This document shows, piece by piece, positions 1 to 6,136 of a stretch of 8,009 bases of DNA (positions are counted from its first letter, which is position 1; every line of letters begins with the position of its first letter). The position numbers and the translations under genes were made by a program. This DNA comes from Octopus sinensis. Lineage: Eukaryota. The notes under the pieces are model-generated. The model ran no database searches, was not told where the DNA came from, and saw nothing but the letters and a program-made list of their open reading frames with translations. The stretch spans positions 1 through 8,009 of the forward strand of contig NW_021828591.1 in assembly GCF_006345805.1 (NCBI RefSeq), written 5' to 3'.

Positions 1-117
1 GGCACCCTAGGCCATAACACCAATGAACTTCTAACTTGTTGTCTCTTGGGGTCTCTGGGTGAGACTTGGAGTCAACTTGTACAAATGTAAAGCAAAAGGC
101 AAATATAAAATAATAAT
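1..117 (+). mobile_element. 3' UTR remnant of an RLE-type (R4/Dong-like) LINE with short (AAT)n tail
   Basis: GGTCTCTGGGTGAGACTTG (50-68) aligns at about 15/19 with GGTCCTTGTTGTGACTTG (7774-7791), which directly follows the stop codon of the R4-like ORF at the window end. Ends in (AAT)3 at 109-117. No coding part is in the window, so the clade call is inference. Confidence 0.5.
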
Positions 118-120
118 ATT

Positions 121-473
121 AGTACCAGGCAGTGGCCTCTCGTGGCTTCTGATCTTAACTGATTGGAAGTGTTATGTACATTGTTTTGTCTTTATATAAA
201 AGATGGGTTACAGCAAATATTCTGCTCAATACCACAGATTTGCTTGTCAGTTGTTTGACTTTAACCAGTTGAGTATGTCCCTTAGTGGCTGACGATATGT
301 GCATCTCTGATCACGAGCAGAAGTAGTGGGGGAGTATCATAGCTATGTGTTGAAAGGAATTCTTAGAGGTTTGGATAATTCACCTTTGGAAACATGGGTG
401 TTTCATTCAACATCCTTAAACAATCCTTATTCAGGGACCTTTTGAGTGGGATGTGCTAATCAATCTAAAGAAA
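121..473 (+). mobile_element. Unclassified interspersed repeat ('element X'), truncated copy following an AAT tract
   Basis: AGTACCAGGC at 121-130 is identical to 8000-8009, where it is preceded by GCCCTGATGC and a long (AAT)n. Non-coding. The right boundary is approximate, set where L1/Tx1-like similarity begins. Confidence 0.5.
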
Positions 474-845
474 CTACACAAAGACAAGTCCAAGCAATAT
501 CCTAAGGCAAGAGTCCTCTTCATTCCTTGTTCTCCACTCCACAAATCTATAGTTAAAGTACTACCCACCACTCATGCCATTTTTGTAACTTTCACCTGCC
601 CTTCGATAAATCCACCCAAGAAGAGCACCTCCCTTTCTGCTCTTTCTTTCCTTTTCCATTGAAACTTCCTAAGAGGAATGCCTCTGTCCTCATACCTTTA
701 AGCCTTGTCCATCAGACAACCTCTTTCACTGCTGCTACCAGGCAAAAGAAAACTGCCTTACCAGTCCTATAAAAGTGGGGCAGTGGGATAATCCTCACTA
801 TGGACTCAACTGATAGATGGATTCATCACACATGCAACAGCAGCT
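474..845 (-). mobile_element. Degraded L1/Tx1-clade LINE ORF2 C-terminal fragment
   Basis: Manual minus-strand translation gives LLHV**IHLSVESIVRIIPLPHFYRTGKAVFFCLVAAVKEVV*WTRLKG, then after a frameshift FQWKRKERAEREVLFLGGFIEGQVKVTKMA*VVGSTLTIDL. This resembles, from memory, the post-CCHC tail of Tx1/L1 ORF2 (A..KEVVWWTR ... KRK.R.ER...F..RW). Several stops; not in the ORF track. Confidence 0.45.
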
Positions 846-850
846 GTTGT

Positions 851-1000
851 GGAGGTGCAATGGCCCAGTGGTTAGGGCAGCTGACTCGCGGTCATAAGGA
901 CATGGTTTCAATCTCCAGGCCGGGCATTGTGAGTGTTTATTGAGCAAAAACACCTAAGCTCCACGTGGCTGTACTCTTTCACCACAACTTTCTCTCACTT
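851..1000 (+). mobile_element. tRNA-derived SINE, 5' head, 3' truncated
   Basis: Pol III A box TGGCCCAGTGG (861-871) and B-box-like GGTTTCAATCTCC (904-916), followed by TGAGCAAAAACACCT, similar to TGAGCAAGACATTT in the SINE at 3878-4190. Confidence 0.75.
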
Positions 1001-1110
1001 TTGCTTTTCATCCTTTCTGGGTTGATTGAGTAAGTACCAGTTACACACTGGTGTCAATGTAATTGACTTAATCCCCTCTGCCTTGTGGCAAAAATTTGAA
1101 ATCATTATTA
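1001..1110 (+). mobile_element. 3' half of a second SINE family ending in an ATT-repeat tail
   Basis: CTTTTCATCCTTTC..GG...TAAGTACCAGTT...ACTGG.GTC.ATGTAAT.GACTTAATCCC...ATTATTA matches the 3' half of an abundant Octopus tRNA-SINE as I recall it. It shares a module with the SINE tails at 1530-1595 and about 7100-7165. Confidence 0.6.
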
Positions 1111-1122
1111 TGCAAGGTACTA

Positions 1123-1263
1123 CTGTGTGGAATTTTGGACAAGTGTCTTCCACAAAAGTCTTGGGCTGACCAAAACCTTGTGAGTAGATTTGGTAGATGG
1201 AAACTGAAAGAAGCCCATCAAATGTATATATACATATATCTATATTTATATATATATACATAC

Positions 1264-1298
<35 letters not shown>

Positions 1299-1346
1299 TG
1301 TATGTATGTATGTATGTATGTATGTTTGTATGTATGTATGTATGTA

Positions 1347-1377
<31 letters not shown>

Positions 1378-1409
1378 ATGTATGTATGTATGTATGTATG
1401 TATGTGTGT

Positions 1410-1441
<32 letters not shown>

Positions 1442-1655
1442 CTTTTGGTGTTTGTCCCCCATCACTGCTTGACAATTATGTGTTGGTGTGTTTGTATTCC
1501 TGGAACTTAGTGGTTCAGCAGTAGAGACTGATAGAATAAATACCAGCTTAAAAAAAAATGAATTAATTAAGTACTGGGGTTACCTGTTTCGACTGAAATT
1601 TTGCAAGGCAGTGCCCCAGCATGGCCACAGTCTAATGACTGAAACAAGTACAAAA
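1123..1655 (+). mobile_element. Microsatellite-containing SINE, 5'-truncated copy with expanded internal repeat
   Basis: 1123-1222 and 1442-1655 are colinear with the reverse complement of the full-length copy at 7045-7457. Shared blocks include CCTTGTGAGT.GATTTGGTAGA.GGAAACTGAAAGAAGCCC, GCTTGACAA, CCAGCATGGCC.CAGTC.AATGACTGAAACAAGTA. Confidence 0.9.
1223..1441. repeat. Compound microsatellite (TA)n-(TATG)n-(TG)n inside the SINE
   Basis: Directly visible. It generates the YVCM/HTYI ORFs in the track. Confidence 0.97.
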
Positions 1656-1858
1656 TGTTGTATTAGGAAAATAATGGTGGCTGTGATGGTGAAGATGTTG
1701 ATAAATGTGATATAGAGGGATGTACACAGGGTGGAAATATGGAAAAAAGGTGATCACGCTTCAGTGAATGTGTGGTAATGTTTTCATGCATGAATGAGAA
1801 AGAAGAGGCAGGAGAGAGAAGAGAGGAAAAGGGCAAGGGAAGATGAGATGAATCAGCT

Positions 1859-2458
1859 GTTGTGTGTGTGTATGAGATTGGGTGTGTGTATGTATACATG
1901 TGTGTCAGAGAGTATGCGTATGAGCATGTGTGTATATGTGTTTGTGTGAGTGTGTGTGAGCAAGTGTATATATGATATTGTGTGTGAGTGTGTGTGTGTG
2001 TATGTGTGTGTGATTGGGTGTGTGTGCATGTGTGTATGTGTGTGTGTGTATGAGATTGGAGGTGTGTATGTATACATGTGTGTAAGAGAGTATGTGTATG
2101 ACCATGTGTGTATATGTGTGTGTGTGAGTGTGTGTGAGTGAGTGTGAGTATGTATGAGATTGTGTGTAAGTGTGTGTGTGTATGTGTGTGTGTGTATGTA
2201 TGAGATTGGGTGTGTGTATGTGTGTGAAAGAGTATGTGTATAAGCATGTGTATATGTGTGTGTATGTGAGTGTGTGTGAGCGAGTGAGTATGTATGAGAT
2301 TGTGTGAGTGTGTATGTGTGTGTATGTTTGTATACACGTGTGTGAGAGAGTATGTGTAAGAGCATGTGTGTATATGTGTGTGTAAGTGTGTGTGTGTAAG
2401 TGAGCATGAGTATGTATGAGATTGTGTGTGTGTGCGTATGTGTGTGTGTGTGTGTGGT
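1859..2458. repeat. GT-rich complex minisatellite with four higher-order units
   Basis: The landmark AGAGTATG(C/T)GTA..(A/C)(G/C)CATGTG recurs at 1909, 2087, 2229 and 2347. TATGAGATT recurs at 1871, 2049, 2153, 2199, 2293 and 2415. Confidence 0.9.
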
Positions 2459-2484
2459 GCATGCGCATGAGCAAGACAGACTAC

Positions 2485-2650
2485 AGAAGAAGACATCTGT
2501 CCCGGTGTGGTCAGGTGATGTGGGCGAAGTATGGCAATCATCTGAAGAAGGAGCTGACTGACCAAAAGGGATGCAGTCTGTTGAAGAAGACTGACAGCGA
2601 TACGGGAAGATGGGATGAAAGGTTCAAGTACACCTCAGAGATGATCGGAA
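2485..2650 (+). mobile_element. Possible highly degraded RTE-clade ORF C-terminal fragment
   Basis: RRRHLSRCGQVM...GRWDE in ORF 2416-2814 resembles the RTE motif RRRRLRWxGHVxRM...GRPxxxWxD. Short and divergent. Confidence 0.3.
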
Positions 2651-2716
2651 TTAAAAAACAGGAGCAACAACCCATCATGTACATAAATACATACATACAG
2701 ACATTCATACATACAT

Positions 2717-3269
2717 GGTGGCTGCCCCCTCGTTATCGAGTATGGCCATGCATGAAGCTTAATCAATGTTGTTATCATGCAATGCCTGTGCAAGAAGATT
2801 TCTTTTTAAAGTGAGGAAATGATGTGCACTGAGTCAATCCCACTCACTAAGCAAGAGCAGCCATAATCCGAAAAGAAGTTCAAGTCAACATCATCGGTAA
2901 CCACTGAGCTGCAGGTTTTATGTCGAAGTTATCCCAGTTACCTGAGTTACCTTCTCCTAGAAGGATGCCCTAACAAAGGCTAGGAGTCCTTCACTCCCAA
3001 TGGCTTAACTGCTCGATTGGGTATTCAGTCCGATTATTTCTATGTCCTCGCGCATAATACAACCTTAAGACATTTATTGGATGGCCGTTGACTCTCAAGA
3101 GTTCCTCCGCCCTTTGACAGGTTTTGTTTTTCATCCCGCAGGGTGTCCAATAAACACCCTCCTCACCAAGCAAGTTTGGTGGGGTTGCCGGTTTAGTCAC
3201 CGACGACCCGACCATGCAACAGGTTGTACTGGGTTACATGTTACTTGTAGCACTCGAAAGTGACCTGAC
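2717..3269 (-). mobile_element. Non-autonomous RTE-like element (~550 bp, no ORF) between (ATGT)n tracts
   Basis: The minus strand contains GTTAGGGCATCCTTCTAGGAGAAGGTAACTC (plus ~2946-2976), matching from memory the RTE-clade 5' UTR motif GGCAACCAGTCTAGGAGAAGGAAAACTC. It ends in ...GAGGGGGCAGCCACC-(ATGT)n. (TACA)n tracts flank it at 2678-2716 and 3270-3320. Confidence 0.6.
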
Positions 3270-3278
3270 ATATATACC

Positions 3279-3330
<52 letters not shown>
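3270..3330. repeat. (TACA)n/(TA)n microsatellite
   Basis: Directly visible. Confidence 0.95.
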
Positions 3331-3393
3331 GGGAGAATTTACAAAGAAAACAAAAGACAAAGACAGGTGGTTTAGACAACAAAAAGATGTATT
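3331..3393 (-). mobile_element. Possible terminal fragment of a Penelope-like element
   Basis: (TA)n-GGGAGAATTTACAAAG...AGACAGGTGG.TTAGACAAC AAA.AGATGTATT resembles an Octopus Penelope-like terminal repeat end as I recall it. Only ~63 bp, with no coding sequence or hammerhead core. Confidence 0.35.
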
Positions 3394-3642
3394 GGCTTCA
3401 ATGACTGCTTCAATGTCAGACTAGAATTGTTGGCATACCTCTACTAAATGGTCCTTACTCATTTTGAACATCACCTGGACAATGATGACCCTTCAGTGAA
3501 GCTACAATGTTGTGAGAATGTCGATTAGTTCTCCCGTTCACCAATGCTCCAAAAGTAGTGGTCTATGGTGAGTTTGGAGACCACAAGTTTGGTGCTATGT
3601 TGCCATAAAAATTGTCAAGCATCTATTGTTTGGTTACAAAGC
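3391..3642 (-). pseudogene. Tc1/mariner DD37D (maT-type) transposase, C-terminal segment
   Basis: Manual minus-strand translation with frameshifts: AL.TKQ*MLDNFYGNIAPNLWSPNSP-[~13-nt deletion of DLNPL]-DHYFWSIGERE.NRHSHNIVASLK.VIIVQVMFKMSKDHLVEVCQQF*SDIEAVIEAN. The third catalytic Asp codon is at 3561-3563. Absent from the ORF track. Confidence 0.85.
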
Positions 3643-3877
3643 ACCAACCGATCGTGGCTGTTTGCCAGCCTCGTCTGGCACCTGTGCAGGTGGCACGTAA
3701 AAAGCACCCACTACACTCATGGAATGGTTGGCATTAGGAAGGGCATCCAGCCGTAGAAACACTGCCAGATCAGACTGGGCCTGGTGCAGCCTACTGGCTT
3801 CCCAGACCCTAGTTGAACCGTCCAACCCATGCTAGCATGGAAAGCGGACGTTAAACGATGATGATGATGATGATGAT
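3643..3877 (+). mobile_element. 5'-truncated SINE (or LINE 3' end) with RTE-type tail and (GAT)7
   Basis: Terminal 14-bp palindrome CCATGCTAGCATGG (3827-3840), then AAAGCGGACGTTAAAC and (GAT)7 at 3857-3877. It interrupts the transposase between ...SH and AL... Confidence 0.8.
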
Positions 3878-4190
3878 GGGCTAATGGTTAGGGTTTTCAG
3901 CTCAACATCGTAAAGTCATCAGTTCAATTCCTGGTAAATTATGTCCTTGAGCAAGACATTTTATTTCAAGTTGCTCTGCTCTAGTCCACTCAGCAGGCAA
4001 AAATGAGTTGTACTTGTAAATGAAAGGGCCAACCTAGTCCCATTCTGTTCACACTGAAGCTCCCTCAGAACTACATTAAGGTTACACATGTCTGTGGAGT
4101 ACTCAGCCACTTGCACATAAACTTCACAAGCAGGCTGTTCCATTGATCAGATCAACTGGGACCCAGATTGTCGTAACTGACAAAGTGCCA
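3878..4190 (+). mobile_element. Near full-length tRNA-derived SINE
   Basis: Degenerate A box (GGGCTAATGGTTAG at 3878), B box AGTTCAATTCC (3921-3931), post-tRNA segment GTCCTTGAGCAAGACA, and 3' end ...GTCGTAACTGACAAAGTGCCA abutting the transposase at 4191. Confidence 0.75.
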
Positions 4191-4376
4191 GTGAGAATGA
4201 GAATGATTCTTGATGGAACACATATGGCTTTCCACCCTGTATTTCCTCCACTCAAGGCTTAACAACTATCTCCACTACCTCAATGTACCCAGCACCATTA
4301 CCTCTAAGACCCCGTGGAAAGATGTGAAGGTGCATGACATCATCTTCATTACTCACCACTCCTAGAATCATCACAA
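4191..4376 (-). pseudogene. Tc1/mariner DD37D transposase, middle segment
   Basis: VMILGVVSNEDDVMHLHIFPRGLRGNGAGYIEVVEIVVKP*VEEIQGGKPYVFHQES (end of ORF 4252-4587 plus read-through). The W of KPW is now a stop. The second catalytic Asp (YVFQQD) reads GAA/Glu at 4207-4209. Confidence 0.9.
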
Positions 4377-4689
4377 AGTTATCAACCACCTCACCAACAA
4401 CAACACTGAACACCTTTTTGATCTCCATGTGTCTAACACACGTGGACATGCCTACAAAGTCAGAAAACAACACAGCTCCCATGACTTTCGGAAACATTTT
4501 TTTCACGCTCAGAGTTGCTGAAGCATGGAATAAACTGCCTGCGTCAGTTGTTGACTGCCATGACACTGCATCCTTTAAGGCCCTCATGCTTTCCGAAATC
4601 CGCCGAAACTACACCTGATTATATATACACTTTAGATGAGTTGTAGTGCACCTGAGCACTGTACACAATGTTTTATTATTATTATTATT
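4377..4689 (+). mobile_element. 5'-truncated CR1-clade LINE 3' end with (TTA)n tail and 7-bp TSD
   Basis: VINHLTNNNTEHLFDLHVSNTRGHAYKVRKQHSSHDFRKHF/FTLRVAEAWNKLPASVVDCHDTASFKALMLSEIRRNYT* carries the CR1 motif TRGH..K...R..FF..RV...WN.LP..VV. One extra T in the run at 4497-4503 shifts the frame. ATCACAA is repeated at 4370-4376 and 4690-4696. Confidence 0.92.
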
Positions 4690-5022
4690 ATCACAATTGT
4701 AGGAAACTTAGTGTGTTTCACTCTGAGGTCATCAGAAAGATATGAACATAACCATCTTTTGGAATTTTGGTCTTGGTCACAGTTTCTCTCATCTGAGAAG
4801 AAGCAGATAAGGCCATGTTTGTAAAGGTTTTCAGCCTTGTTAAGTAACCACTTGGCATGGATCAGACACTTTTGTTGTGTCTTTTTCAGACATGCATTTG
4901 CCTCTCCTCGGTACATACGACTTGTATCAAATGTAGTACAGTTCTCAAGCACTGCAGTTCTGAATGATGGTCCATTCCAACACCTGAAGTTCTTTGGTGA
5001 TGGCCCTCACTGATTTTCACAG
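4690..5022 (-). pseudogene. Tc1/mariner DD37D transposase, HTH to first catalytic Asp
   Basis: KSVRAITKELQVLEWTI (HTH-like)...I*YKSYVPRRGKCMSE/KTQQKCLIHAKWLLNK...CFFSDERNCDQDQNSKRWLC...KHTKFPTIV. The FSDE Asp is at 4791-4793. It joins MILGVVSN in frame once the CR1 insert and one TSD copy are removed. No TIRs were found. Confidence 0.9.
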
Positions 5023-5024
5023 GA

Positions 5025-5168
5025 CAACGATGATCGTGATGACGATGACAATAATAAAGATGAAAATGACAATGTCATTAATAAAGACAAAGATGACAAC
5101 GATAATGATGCTGATGCTGATGATGACAATGATGATGATGACGATGACGATGACAATGATGACGATAT
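5025..5168. repeat. Degenerate (GAT/GAC/AAT)n trinucleotide repeat
   Basis: Directly visible. Confidence 0.92.
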
Positions 5169-5276
5169 ATAAAACAGCACACTGAAAGACAAGATAAAAT
5201 TTATTGCCCAGAGAAATGAAAATGACTTTGATGTTTTTGGATGTTTGCCAGTTATCAGACAGATAGTCAGGGAAAT

Positions 5277-5317
5277 GGATGATGGTGGTGGCGGTGGTGG
5301 TGGTGGTAGTAGTAGTA

Positions 5318-5356
<39 letters not shown>

Positions 5357-5595
5357 CAGCAGCAGCAGCCGTTCAAGAATTTTGACCTGGAGATCTCCAT
5401 TTGCAGTGATTTCGAGGCCAACCTCCCAGTGGTGTCGGGCATCAAAGAAGGGCCCTCAACTACAACAAGACGACCAAAGATTTTTTTTTCCCAATGTCTG
5501 GGGTCTCCTGCCCCTAAGCCCTAGACCATCACCTAATCACCCTTACCGGTCTTGTTGCTTAACAACAACAACAGCAGCAGCAGCAGCAGTGGTGA

Positions 5596-5649
<54 letters not shown>

Positions 5650-5914
5650 CAGCAGCTGTAACAGCAGCAACATCATCATCAACAGCAGCCGTTTAAGAAT
5701 TTGGACCTGGAGATCTCCATTTCCAGTGACTTCGAGGGCCACCTCCCAGTGGTATCGGGCGTCAAAGAAGAGCCCTCGACTACAACAAGACGACCAAAGA
5801 TTTTTTTCCAAGGTCTGGGGTCTCCCACCCCTAAGCCCTAGACCATCACCTAATCACCCTTACCCGTCTTGTTGCTTAACAACAACAACAGCAGCAGCAG
5901 CAGCAGTGGTGATG

Positions 5915-5945
<31 letters not shown>
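5277..5945. repeat. Tandem duplication, 320-bp period: two ~190-bp cores separated and flanked by compound (GGT)/(AGT)/(AGC)/(AAC) runs
   Basis: Cores start at 5371 and 5691. Over ~190 bp they differ by 14 substitutions and one 3-nt indel. Both are followed by (AAC)4(AGC)n AGTGGTGATGGT (AGT)n. Confidence 0.97.
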
Positions 5946-5956
5946 ATGTGTGTGTG

Positions 5957-6087
5957 TGTGTGGCAAGAAGTTAGCTTCCCGACCACATGTTTCCAGGTTC
6001 AGTCTGGGTAAGAGTATTCTACCCATATCTGGGCTAACCAAAGTCTTTGTGAGTGGATTTGGATGACAGAAACTGAAAGAATCCCAT
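5957..6087 (+). mobile_element. Microsatellite-containing SINE, 5' half only (third copy)
   Basis: GTGTGGCAAGAAG...ACCACATG.TTCCAGGTTCAGTC and GTGAGTGGATTTGG..GACAGAAACTGAAAGAATCCC (6049-6085) are colinear with the head of the 7045-7457 copy, with a ~15-nt deletion after the B box. Confidence 0.85.
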
Positions 6088-6103
6088 TGTGTGTGCGTGT
6101 GTG

Positions 6104-6136
<33 letters not shown>

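Noticed and set aside
130-170. GCC-TCTCGT-GGC resembling P3/L3 of an HDV-like ribozyme at the start of element X
   Set aside because: No complementary P1, no GG for P1.1, and no J4/2-P2 could be found.
453-662. 69-aa plus-strand ORF
   Set aside because: It crosses a repeat boundary and has no recognisable motif. The minus strand explains the region better.
851-920. tRNA-gene-like A/B boxes (also 3878-3931, 6610-6665, 7394-7446)
   Set aside because: I found no complete cloverleaf, and each continues into SINE body sequence, so none is called a tRNA.
995-1524. Overlapping 78-156 aa ORFs (HTYI, YVCM repeats)
   Set aside because: They are read-throughs of the (TATG)n/(TG)n tract inside a SINE, open on both strands.
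1656-1858. Purine-rich spacer
   Set aside because: Low complexity, with no ORF, motif or repeat identity I can support.
1871-2423. Regularly recurring TATGAGATT as possible CRISPR-like repeats
   Set aside because: The repeats are too short, the 'spacers' are GT microsatellite, there are no cas genes, and the context is eukaryotic.
1663-2565. 300-aa His/Thr-rich ORF and overlapping frames, superficially like metal-binding proteins
   Set aside because: (CA)n has no stop codons in any frame. All three frames are open, which indicates simple-repeat origin.
4725-5125. CTGATGA hammerhead-core words (plus 5118, minus ~4730 and ~3917)
   Set aside because: They lie in a microsatellite, transposase coding sequence or a SINE head, without the required stems and GAAA partner.
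5010-5172. TTTTCACAG/G acceptor-like site followed by an Asp-rich frame ending in TAA
   Set aside because: The acceptor is the antisense strand of the transposase, and the frame is a degenerate GAT repeat. Nothing else supports an exon.
5691-5811. Minus-strand peptide ARYHWEVALEVTGNG, reminiscent of B30.2/SPRY YWEV
   Set aside because: The match is short, the same frame has a stop in copy 1, and it is the codon-aligned antisense of the plus-strand frame.
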